From contig NC_089435.1 of assembly GCF_026210795.1 (NCBI RefSeq), forward strand, positions 1,612,001 to 1,676,000: DNA of 64,000 nucleotides, read 5' to 3'. The position numbers and the translations under genes were made by a program. A model generated the notes under the pieces. It saw nothing but the letters and a program-made list of their open reading frames with translations, was not told the origin of the DNA and made no database searches. This document shows positions 1 through 10,997 of this stretch, piece by piece. Within the stretch, counting starts at the first letter, position 1. Every line of letters starts with the position of its first letter. Origin of the DNA: Rhizophagus irregularis (lineage: Eukaryota).

Positions 1-840
1 TGGTCCACGTGCATTTACAGCTTTATACGAAATAGTATAACTGTATTTTGATTTTGTTTCTTTTTCTAGAATTTTTTTAGTTGCTAAATTTATTTTTTCT
101 GTAAAATTTTTATAACTAGCAGGCCGAATAGTTAGAGTTTTTGCTGTAGGGATTTTTATATTATTATTTTTTACAACTAATTGTATTTTTATTTCCTCAA
201 TAATATCAACTTCTTCATATTTTTTATTGTCATTATCACTTTCTTCATCATAATCTCCATTATCATCGTCTTCTTCATAGTTTTCATCATTAACATCACT
301 ATCTTTGTCATAATAATCATCATCTTTATTATTAAAATCTTTATCATCGTCTCCTTCATCTTCTATTTCATTATCATTGTCTTTTTCGTTTTCTTTCTTA
401 TTATTATAACTTCCCACTTTTCTTTTACTATTTTCTGTTGGCAAATCATCTATTGAAATGATTTCTTCATTGTTTATCTGAGCTTTCCTATTGCTTTTTT
501 TGTTACTTTTTAGTTGAGATTTTTTATCACTAGTTTTTAATCGTTGAAGTTTACTATTACAAGCACTGCAAGTAGTATAGGAAAAGTTTTTTTCAAAATT
601 ATTATTGTAACCAAATTTAGTATTTATATCTAGTAAAAAATTATTGAGTTTTGGAAAAATTTGGTTTGTAGTATAAGCACGTTGATATATTTGTTGTCCA
701 TGCAGTGGTTTTTTAACTCTTGATATTTTATCTTTCTGACACTTGCACGGATTTTCTTGTGGAAGTTTGAAACAACGCAAACACTTTTGACATATATAAC
801 AAATACCGGGAAGGTAATTGCAAGTTAAATTTTCCGCCAT
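1..840 (-). CDS. Hypothetical protein (at least 280 aa, runs off the window edge): Cys-rich N-terminus, D/E/N-rich linker, globular C-terminal part
   Basis: Manual translation from ATG 840 is open to position 1: MAENLTCNYLPGICYICQKCLRCFKLPQENPCKC...TCSACNSKL...DEGDDDKD...EEIKIQLVVK...YTISYKAVNARGP. Absent from the ORF track, presumably because it has no stop inside the window. Confidence 0.75.
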   Translation of the reverse strand, partial: MAENLTCNYLPGICYICQKCLRCFKLPQENPCKCQKDKISRVKKPLHGQQIYQRAYTTNQIFPKLNNFLLDINTKFGYNNNFEKNFSYTTCSACNSKLQRLKTSDKKSQLKSNKKSNRKAQINNEEIISIDDLPTENSKRKVGSYNNKKENEKDNDNEIEDEGDDDKDFNNKDDDYYDKDSDVNDENYEEDDDNGDYDEESDNDNKKYEEVDIIEEIKIQLVVKNNNIKIPTAKTLTIRPASYKNFTEKINLATKKILEKETKSKYSYTISYKAVNARGP

Positions 841-1101
841 TTAAATAACTCCAAACGCGAAAAATTACTTCAACTTCTTTTTCGCGTAAGTATTATATAA
901 TCTATTTACTAATTACTATATTAAGTAAATGACCAGTTTTATAAAAAATTGACCAATAATTATTTAGAAAATTTTACAAGGAATATTTGCATGTGTTTTG
1001 GCTTATTTTTAGGTTGTTTTCGGTTATTTTCGGTGTTTTCAGTATTTTTTAATTATAAATGATCGACATCACCTGATCACAGTAATTCGAAAACGGCGAT
1101 A

Positions 1102-1700
1102 ATATTTTTCTTAGATTTATTTTTAATAATTTTTTTTTAGATTTTTTTGGTTAAATTTTTTTATCAACAATAAAGCATTTTTTTATTATCAATTTTTTTT
1201 TTTCTTAACATTTTTTTTCGCTGACATTTTTTTTTAATAACTAAATTTCTTTTTAAGGTAATTTTTTTTACTTAGATTTATTTTTTAAGTTAATAAGCTT
1301 TTTCTGTTAGATTATTTTTTTTCGGTTAGATCTATTTTACCAAAAATAAACTATTTTTTAATTTTTTTTTTTTGCTTTTTTGGCTTACATTTTTTATTTT
1401 TTTGATTTCTTTTTCGGGTTTAATTGTTTTTTTTTTTTTTAAATAATTTTTTTTTGTTGGATTTTTTTGATTAGACTTTTTTTACCAAGAATCTTTTTTA
1501 CCAAGAATTTTTTTTAATAATAATTTCCTTTTTTTGGTTTATTTTACCGAGAATCTTACAAGATATACTTTTTTTCTGATAATAAATAAACAAATGAGAT
1601 CTTTTTTTTTTAAATAAATAAAATTATGACATGTTAATTTTTTTGTTTTTTAGTAATTTTTTTATTTTTTAATAATATAGATTTAAATAAAATATAATAA
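1102..1700. repeat. T-rich low-complexity block, copy 1 (direct duplicate at ~3970-4600)
   Basis: Shared anchors GATAATAAATAAACAAATGAGAT (1578 and 4479) and TAATAATATAGATTTAAATAAAATATATAA (1670 and 4571). Boundaries approximate. Confidence 0.6.
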
Positions 1701-1896
1701 CCAATGATTTTTTTATTTTTAAATTAAATCTTCAGGTTGCATCTTTGGTTTTGAAACGGAAGATTCAAAAGGAGCAACCTTGCTGCGGGTGATAGTATAT
1801 TTTTTATTATTGATTGAACTAACTAAATAAAATAAATCCTGCGCCTAATCTATTCCATATTTTTATCAGATAGAGCTATTTATTTGATTGATAAAT

Positions 1897-3805
1897 TATG
1901 GCGCGCCAATGTGGACAGATTGGTATTTTATTAATACCAACTCCTGCTATTTAAATAATACTAGCTCTTGTATTTTAAAATTACTGATTTTGCCTAAAAT
2001 GGGGGTCATCTAAAGCCGTGTTCGATCATGTGACTTGACATTTTATGAATAAGCCATTTTTTTATGAACTAAGATTAATGTAAGTATGAAAGTTATAGAA
2101 TAAGTGTATTTTGGCCTGCTTTACAAGTTTACTTAGTGAAAAAAAGCTGGTTTTAAACACTGTTTTTGACTTTACATATGAATGAATAATCTTTGCCGAT
2201 CATATCCAAAAATGGATGACGAAAATGAAAAAATTCAAATAAGTCAAAAACGGTGTTCAAAACCCCATGTTGCGCACTAAGTAAACTTGCACAGCAGGCT
2301 AAAATACACATACTATGTGTAACTTGAAAGTTTTATGTATTGGCGAAAAAGTTTTATTTGTAAAAAATAAATTTTTACAAATCACGTGATCGAACATGGC
2401 TTTAGACGAACCCCTAAAATGGCAATTCCTTTTTATATTATTAGACAGATTTGTATTTATTTAATACCAAATTCCTCTAATTAAATATTACCAACTCTTG
2501 TAATTTTAAAATTAAAATTAGCAGATCTTTTTTCTTTAATAGACAGATTCATATTTTTATTGCCTCCTTTTTTCATTAGAAGATCTTTTTTCTTTAATAG
2601 ACAGATCTGTATTTTTTTATTATTAGCTCTGACGATCATTTTTATTCGCTAAATCTCACTGCAGGTGGTCCTTACCGCAGGTGATTTTATTCCGGCCAAA
2701 TTATAATTCCAGCTGGAGTTAATTGTGTAACCTAATAAAAAGTTTTTGACTTTTTTAGTAACAATGTGGTATAAAAATTGCACCGATGAGTTCGGAAGAT
2801 GCCCGTTTATAATCAAATATGCAGTTGAATTTTGTGTAGCCTCACTGCATAAATCACTTTACTTAAGAAATCTATTTCGTAATGGTCAAAAGTGGTCTAT
2901 TTGACCTTAAAAGTGGTCAAACTTGACCATTAGTTACCTTATTGATGGTTAAAAGTGATCAAATGACCATCAGTTGCCTTAATTGATGGTCAAAAGTAGT
3001 CTATTTGGCCTTAAAAGTAACCATAAACTACCTTACTAATTAATGGTTAAAAGTGGTCAAATATGCACTCGCCTTTAACTACCAATTTATATTAGTATAA
3101 CCAAACAGAAAATTTTCGAAAAATTCCTATGTGCTATATGACCACTTTCTAGAGTCAAATAGACCACTTTTGACCATCAATTAAGGTAGCTGATGGTTAC
3201 GTAATTCACGTTTGCCACTTTTAAGGTCAAATAGACCACTTTTGACCATTACGAAATAGATTTCTTAAGTAAAGTGATTTATGCAGTGAGATTACACAAA
3301 TTTAACTGCATATTTACTTATAAACGGGTATCTTTCGGATCCATTAGTGCAATATTTATACCACATTGTAACTAAAAAAAATCAGAAACTTTTTTTATTA
3401 GGTTACACAAATGAATTTGGCTGGAATTATAATTTGACCTGTGAAATCACCTGCAGTGAGATTTAGCAGATCTGCTAATGAATAAAAATGATCATCAGAG
3501 CTAATAATAAAAAAATATAAATCTGTCTGGTAAAGAAAAAAGATCTGCTAATGAAAAAAGGGGATAATAAAAAATATAAATCTGTCTATTGAAGAAAAAA
3601 GATCTGCCAATTTTAAAATTACAAGAGTTGGTAATATTTAATTAGAGAAAGTTACTAATAAATAAATATGAATCTGTCTAATAATGCAAAAAGAAATTGC
3701 CAAATCTGCCACTTGCAGTAATATTAAAATACATGAGCTGGTATTATTTAAATAGCGGGAGTTGGTATTAAAAAAATACCAATCTGTCCACATTGGCACG
3801 CCATA
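1897..3805. mobile_element. Foldback (long inverted repeat) non-autonomous element, ~1.5 kb excluding the nested MITE
   Basis: TATGGCGCGCCAATGTGGACAGATTGGTATTTTT at 1897 mirrors AAAAATACCAATCTGTCCACATTGGCACGCCATA ending 3805. Arms pair inward (AAATCTCACTGCAGGTG ~2651 / CACCTGCAGTGAGATTT ~3448) to a centre near 3120. ATAAATT occurs at both boundaries. Confidence 0.8.
2002..2413. mobile_element. MITE with long G-starting TIRs (Mutator-like), inserted in the left arm of the foldback
   Basis: GGGGTCATCTAAAGCCGTGTTCGATCATGTGA ... TCACGTGATCGAACATGGCTTTAGACGAACCC. Flanking duplication CTAAAATG (8-10 bp depending on boundary). Absent from the mirror arm. Confidence 0.8.
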
Positions 3806-3969
3806 ATAAATTCATGTTGATTATTAATGTATTTTTTGATTAGATTTTTTTGGCTAAATTCTTTTTTACCGAGAATAAACAATTTTTTTATTTACATTTT
3901 TTTTTTGCTTTTTTGCTGACAATTTTTTTTTACTGAGATTTTTTAATAACAATTTCTTTTTTGGGTTTA

Positions 3970-4600
3970 ATATTTTTTTACTTAGATTTATTTTTAATAA
4001 TTTTTTTTTAATGCGAACAAACTTTTTTTTTATTAACAATTTGTTTTTTTTTTGTTTTTTTTTGCTGCTATTTTTTTTTTATCAAGATTTTTTTTAATAA
4101 CTAAATTTCTTTTTAGGGTTTAATATTTTTTTTTATTTAGATCTATTTTTAAATTAATAGTTTTTTCTGTTAGATTAATTTTTTTTTGGTTAGCGAAAAT
4201 AAACAATTTTTTATTAGTAATTTGATTTTTTTTTTACTTTTTTGCTGACATTTTTTTTTATCAAGATTTTTTTTTTAATAACTAAATTTCTTTTTCGGGT
4301 TTAATAATTTTTCTTTTTGTTAGATTTTTTTGATTAGACTTTTTTTACCGAGAACAATTTTCTGATTTTTTTTTGCTTAGGCATCTTTTTTTACAAAGAA
4401 TTTTTTTTTAATAATATTTTTTTTTGGTTTATTTTATCAAGAAACTTCTTCATTAATTAACAAGATATATTTTTTTTTGATAATAAATAAACAAATGAGA
4501 TTTTTTTAAAAAAAAATAACAATAATAAAATTATAGACATATTGTTAATTTTTTTTATTAAATAATTTTTTAATAATATAGATTTAAATAAAATATAATA
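3970..4600. repeat. T-rich low-complexity block, copy 2
   Basis: Same anchors as 1102-1700; boundaries approximate. Confidence 0.55.
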
Positions 4601-5014
4601 GCTAAGGTCATATCACTTGAGTAGATAAACAAGATAATTTTTTGATATTCTTTTAGTTTAACTCAGATGAGATGGTTTGTTCAGGTGACACACCTGTATT
4701 ATGCCAATTTTTCTTTTCGTATTGTTCTTCATTGTTGCATAAATAATAACTGATTACTAATGCATCTTCAGATGAAATGCTCAGTTCGGGTGGCACACCT
4801 GTATTATGCCAATTTTTCTTTTTGTATTGTTCGTTATTTATTGAAGTACTTTTATACAAAAAAATTGACACGCGTTTTATATATTAGTATAAAGCAATTT
4901 TTTTAAAATAAAAAGTATATATAGATGTATTGACATTTCTCTATAAATTTATTCATTTATATCTAAGATTATTTCTATTAAAAATCAAAGCAAAATAAAT
5001 TTTAATAAAAAAAA

Positions 5015-5998
5015 ATGTATTGCAATTTAAATACAATCTGCTATATTGATCAACATAATGAGACAGTTAGAAAGTCAAGTTTTGCTATGAGCATTGTTAA
5101 TTCACAACATCAAAATATTAATATATATGTTCACGTTATTGCATTCTACCCAAAAGACATAATACGAGATAATGACTTAGAGAGATTTAACCAGGAAGAT
5201 ATTATCCAAATACAAGGAAATTTTCTGTTGTTGAAACAGAAGTGAATGATAATAAAACCAAAGTTATTAATGTATAAAACTAATAATTTTTATTCATCAG
5301 TTTTATTTAATCAAAATTTCTTTATACTAAAAAAAACTCGCTTTTTTTTAAAACAAAAAGGTATTGCATCTAGTATATGTGTGCTTAATCTAGATGAAGA
5401 AGATCTTCCTTATGCCCATTATCTGTTATACTAGAAGGTGTTGTATCTGATAATCCTGATATTGGTGATGATAAAATTATTTTAGGCTTGAATTCTAAAG
5501 AATACCTTGACAACTGGGATAATAACTCCCTGTAATTTGAACTATACCACTTCCCAAAAGATGTACATCTGTTACCAATTTCCAGTAAAATTTTACGTGG
5601 CTCTTCTTTGTACATAACAGGATATTTATCTATAATTGAAGATCTCCTCCTTATAAGAATAACCCAAATTAATTTTATTGAATCAACGCATAGTACATAA
5701 TCACACAAATCCTCAGGTTATGCTTGGGAAAAAAAGCAGACTGAGGATTCTTTTACTCAACAATCATCAGCTGAAATAGTTAATTCATCATCAATGAAAC
5801 AAAAAAAAAAGAGGAAAATGCCAAACATCAGTTTTATCTCATTCACAAAAGATTCCAAAGCTCCATCATTACCTGATGAAGATGATGATTCTCAAAATGT
5901 AATTAGTAACAAACAGGAGGAAGAAACCTTAACAGATAATACTGTAGATGAATAAAAAGAACAGAAAAAGAAAAGAGGAAGAAAAAGAAATAATTTAC
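5015..5998 (+). pseudogene. Disrupted two-exon gene, possibly an OB-fold ssDNA-binding-like protein with an acidic/basic tail
   Basis: MYCNLNTICYID...VHVIAFYP...IIQIQG, probable intron ~5272-5360 (GTATAA...AAAG), then IASSICVLNLDEEDLP...GSSLYITGYLSIIEDLLLIRITQINFI with in-frame stops and a frameshift. The fold guess rests on beta-strand patterning only. Confidence 0.45.
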
Positions 5999-6240
5999 TA
6001 AAGGAAACAATATTTTTTTTTATTTGTGGTTTTTTTCATTTCTTAACTTATTAACTATCTTAATTTATTATATAATTAAATTTAGAATTCTATATAAATC
6101 TTTAAATTAGATGCAATATTACAAATTTTATATTTATAATTAATTACAATTATTTAAGCTAAGAATGGACAACTGATTAAAAAAAAATAATTATTACAAT
6201 AAGTTAATTTAATATCCATCATTTATTTGTGTATTAACTG

Positions 6241-6276
6241 GCGGCAACACAGTCGCCGCACATCAGAATCCTCTAG
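6241..6276 (+). mobile_element. Helitron-type 3' terminus
   Basis: GC-rich hairpin GCGGCAAC-ACA-GTCGCCGC, 13-nt spacer, then CTAG followed by T. This is the canonical Helitron 3' signature in otherwise AT-rich DNA. Confidence 0.7.
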
Positions 6277-6454
6277 TTATAATATTATTTTAAGGCAATA
6301 AATAATACTGATAAGTTCTTAATCTTATGAATATTAATCATAACAAATTTCAAATAATTATTATATCTGTATTTAAAATATTTATTTTATAGTAAAAATT
6401 GAAATACAATAACTGACAAATAGCCCAACAAATAAAGAATAAATAACAAAATTA

Positions 6455-9400
6455 TTAAATATTAATTTCACATTCACCACAATCAGACATTTCTTCAACA
6501 CAATCAGACATTTCTTCAATACAATCAGACATTTCTTCAACACAATCAGACATTTCTTCAACACAATCAGACATTTCTTCAACTAAGATTTCAGTAAGTT
6601 TACGACTTGTATGGTATGCTTGTGCATGAGATTGTATAATAGAAGCATTTGCTTGCTCTTGAACTAAAGTTTTGTTTGATTCTACAAATTCAAACATATC
6701 ATCCCTTAATTTATTATCAATATTAGATACTTCAACTTTATAATTTCCATCTCTGTTTATTTTATAATGTTCATTAATACATCTAACCCACTCTGATATA
6801 ATATCTTCAAGCATTGTTATGGTTGGTCTATTGGAAGGATCTGAATCCCAACATCTTTTCATTAAATCTATATAACATTTTGGAGTATTTTCAATAATTT
6901 CAGGGCGTTCCCCTTTACAAACACTCAAAATAAGGAGATGATCATGTGCTACATGATTAAATGGAGGAATACCTGATGTAAATTCCCACATTATCATTGA
7001 AAAACTATAAATATCACTTGCTGGTGTATAGGGTTTTTGTCTTAATGTTTCAGGTGCCATATAAGGTACAATTCCATAAATTTCATTAATTTTATTGTCA
7101 GAATCTTGTAAATCATTTATAGGTTTACATAATCCTAAGTCAATAATAAATAACTCATTATAATTATCTGATATTAAAATATTGCCATCATGAAAATCAC
7201 CATGAGCTAAATTTGATTCATGAATTACTTTGAGCCCTAATACAATGTTTTTCAATAATTGTAACTTTTCTTGCCATTTAAATTTAATTATATCAGATAA
7301 ACAATTTTTCAAACTTCCTTTTTTTGCATAACTCATTACTATTATATAATTTAAAGTATTTGGATCTTGGGTAAATCCAAAGAATTGAATAAATTTTGAA
7401 AATGATTTTTTCTGACAATTATAATGATATTTCCACTGTATAAATAATAAAACAAAATTAATTTTTGTAAAAGAAAAAAAAATTTGCTAAAAAATATAAA
7501 TAATATATATACCTCATCCAGAAATTTACTATTTAAATTTGATGAATTATTAAGTGTTTTAAGAATAACCTCATAGCTTAATTGCCTATTCCATTGTTGT
7601 TTGTCAAAATTCCAACTAAAAATAGGCCCATCGAACCAGATAGCTTTATGAATTACACCAAAACCTCCTTTATCATGATAATTAATATTTGACAATTTAT
7701 TATAAGGTATCCATTCTAAAATTTCATAACTATTTTTGGCATTTAGTTGTGAATCTTGAATAAATTTATCAATAAATTCATTTTTACTGGTCCACTTTGA
7801 AAAATCATGTTGAAATTGTTTGGCATTACATTGTTGACACCACTGGTAATTAGTATATAGCTGATTGCATATATTACATAATTCATTTTTAAAACCTATT
7901 TTGTTACTTTCTGTTTTTTTTTGACGCCAATAAAAGGCTTTTTCTAAATTCTTTTCCGTTCCTACTCCATTTTTATAAAATATGGCTAAATTATGCATTG
8001 AATCAGTGAAACCATTTTCTGCTGCTTTTTGATACCAATAAAAGGCTTTTTCTAAATTCTTTTCCGTTCCTTCTCCATTTACATAACATAAGGCCAAATT
8101 ATGCATTGCTTTAGTATCACCATTTTCTGCTGCTTTTTGATACCAATAAAAGGCTTTTTCTAAATCCCTTTCTGCTCCTTCTCCATTTACATAACATATG
8201 GCTAAATTATGCATTGAATCAGGGAAACCATTTTCTACTGCTTTTTGATACCAATAAAAAGCTTTTTCTAAATTCTTTTCGGTTCCTTCTCCATTGTAAT
8301 AACATACGGCTAAATTATGCATTGCATTAGTAACACTATTTTCTGCTGCTTTTTGATACCAATTAAAGGCTTTTTCTAAATTCTTTTCTGTTCCTTCTCC
8401 ATTTTTATAAAATATGGCTAAATTAAACATTGAATCAGTGAAACCATTTTCTGCTGCTTTTTGATGCCAATAAAAGGCTTTTTCTAAATTCTTCTCTGTT
8501 CCTTCTCCATTGTAATAACATAAGGCTAAATTATGCATTGAATAAGTAAGACCATTTTCTGCTGCTTTTTGATGCCAATAAAAGGCTTTTTCTAAATTCT
8601 TTTCTGTTCCTTCTCCATTTGCATAAAATATGGCTAAATTAAACATTGAATCAGTGAAACCATTTTCTGCTGCTTTTTGATACCAATAAAAGGCTTTTTC
8701 GAAATTCTTTTTTGTTCCTTCTCCATTTTTATAACATATGGCTAAATTCTGCATTGAATCAGTGTAACCATTTTCTGCTGCTTTTTGATACCAATAAAAG
8801 GCTTTTTCTAAATTCTTTTCTGTTCCTTCTCCATTGTAATAGCAATTGGCTAAATTATTCATTGAAACAGTTAAACCTTTTTCTGCTGCTTTTTGATACC
8901 AATAAAAGGCTTTTTCTAAATTCTTTTCTGTTCCTTTTCCATTGTAATAACAACTGGCTAAATTATTCATTGAAAAAGTTAACCCATTTTCTGCTGCTTC
9001 TTGATACCAATAAAAGGCTTTTTCTAAATTTGTTTCTGTTCCTTCTCCATTTACATAACATATGGCTAAATTATGCATTGATTTAGTAAAACCATTTTCT
9101 GCTGCTTTTTGATACCAATAAAAGGCTTTTTCTAAATTCTTTTCTGTCCCTTCTCCATTGTAATACCTTTTTGCTAAATTATGTATTGAATCAGTAAAAC
9201 CATTTTCTGCTGCTTTTTGATACCAATTAAAGGCTTTTCCTAAATTCTTTTTTGTTCCTTCTCCATTGTAATAGCAATTGGCTAAATTATGCATTGAATC
9301 AGTGAAACTATTTTCTGCTGCTTTTTGATACCAATAAAAGGCTTCTCCTAAATTCTTTTTTGTTCCTTCTCCATTGTAATAGCAATTGGCTAAATTATGC

Positions 9401-10749
9401 ATTGAATCAGTGAAACCATTTTCCGCTGCTTTTTGATACCAATAAAATGCTTTTTCTAAATTCTTTTCCGTTCCTTCTCCATTGTAATAGCAATTGGCTA
9501 AATTATTCATTGAATCAGTGAAATTATTTTCTGCTGCTTTTTGATACCAATAAAAGGCTTTTTCTAAATTCCTTTCTGTTCCTTCTCCACCATAATATCT
9601 ATTGGCTAAATCATGCATTGCTTTAGTGAAACCATTTTCTGCTGCTTTTTGATACCAATAAAATGCTTTTTCTGAATTCTTTTCTGTTCCTTCTCCATTG
9701 TAATAGCAATTGGCTAAATTATTCATTGAATCAGTGAAATTATTTTCTGCTGCTTTTTGATACCAATAAAAGGCTTTTTCTAAATTCTTTTTTGTTCCTT
9801 CTCCATTGTAATAGCAATTGGCTAAATTATTCATTGAATCAGTGAAATTATTTTCTGCTGCTTTTTGATACCAATAAAAGGCTTTTCCTAAATTCTTTTT
9901 TGTTCCTTCTCCATTGTAATAGCAATTGGCTAAATTATGTATTGAATCAGTGAAACCATTTTCTGCTGCTTTTTGATACCAATAAAATGCTTTTTCTAAA
10001 TTCTTTTCCGTTCCTTCTCCATTGTAATAGCAATTGGCTAAATTATTCATTGAATCAGTGAAATTATTTTCTGCTGCTTTTTGATACCAATAAAAGGCTT
10101 TTTCTAAATTCTTTTCTGTTCCTTCTCCATTTGCATAAAATATGGCTAAATTAAACATTGAATCAGTGAAACCATTTTCTGCTGCTTTTTGATACCAATA
10201 AAAGGCTTTTTCTAAATTCTTTTTTGTTCCTTCTCCATTGTAATAGCAATTGGCTAAATTATGCATTGAATCAGTGAAACTATTTTCTGCTGCTTTTTGA
10301 TACCAATAAAAGGCTTCTCCTAAATTCTTTTTTGTTCCTTCTCCATTGTAATAGCAATTGGCTAAATTATGCATTGAATCAGTGAAACTATTTTCTGCTG
10401 CTTTTTGATACCAATAAAATGCTTTTTCTAAATTCTTTTCCGTTCCTTCTCCATTGTAATAGCAATTGGCTAAATTATTCATTGAATCAGTGAAATTATT
10501 TTCTGCTGCTTTTTGATACCAATAAAAGGCTTTTTCTAAATTCTTTTCTGTTCCTTCCCCATTGTAATACCTTTTGGCTAAATTAAACATTACTACTCTA
10601 TTACCATTTTCTGCTGATTTTTCTAAAGAGTTAATACATTCTTTACACCATAATTCTTCAGTAAAGGGTTTATTACTACAATATAAACAATTTTTGGGGT
10701 TTACTATATTAGTAACTGAGGTATTAGATTTACTGAGTTTGGTTTCCAT
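6455..10749 (-). CDS. Sel1-like repeat (25x) protein with C-terminal TKL-type protein kinase; exons 10749-7513 and 7435-6455, 1405 aa
   Basis: A 77-nt phase-0 intron at 7512-7436 (GTATAT...TACAG) joins FLDE to WKYHYNCQ. Kinase motifs KGGFGVI, EVILK, HGDFHDGN, DLG, YMAPE, DIYSFS, CWDSDPSNRP. Repeat unit MxNLAxCYYNGEGTEKNLEKAFYWYQKAAENG. Confidence 0.92.
6476..6583 (-). repeat. 21-bp coding minisatellite encoding (VEEMSDC) x5 at the kinase C-terminus
   Basis: CAATCAGACATTTCTTCAA(C/T)A repeated five times. Confidence 0.9.
7915..10600 (-). repeat. 108-bp tandem array, 25 units (Sel1 repeats)
   Basis: The TTGATACCAATAAAAGGC-type anchor recurs every 108 bp from 7921 to 10513. Confidence 0.92.
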
Positions 10750-10865
10750 TTAGAAATTTGTTTTACTAAAAAAATTATTATTTTTCTAGACAAATGTTTT
10801 TTTATAAGAAAACTTTCATGAATGAGTTACTTAAAAGGAATACTGATAACCAAAAGTAGAAAGTT

Positions 10866-10997
10866 ACAATAAAAAAAATATTTTCGGGCCATAATTTTTC
10901 CGATGCACCGATCTACAATAAAAGAAAATATTTTCGGATCATAATTTTTCCGATACACAATAAAAAAATATTTTCGGGCCATAATTTTTCCGATGCA
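10866..10997. repeat. Three ~40-50-bp tandem repeats upstream of the Sel1-kinase start
   Basis: AAAATATTTTCGG(GC/AT)CATAATTTTTCCGAT(G/A)CA x3. Confidence 0.8.

Noticed and set aside
181..456. Hydrophobic 91-aa plus-strand ORF
   Set aside because: Antisense shadow of the acidic linker of the minus-strand ORF 840-1.
6382..6582. 66-aa ORF with KKCLIVL repeats
   Set aside because: Alternative frame of the 21-bp minisatellite.
7351..7512. Hydrophobic C-terminus (VYILFIFFSKFFF...) of the 1132-aa track ORF as a membrane anchor
   Set aside because: It is translation through the 77-nt intron; splicing joins the frame to the kinase exon.
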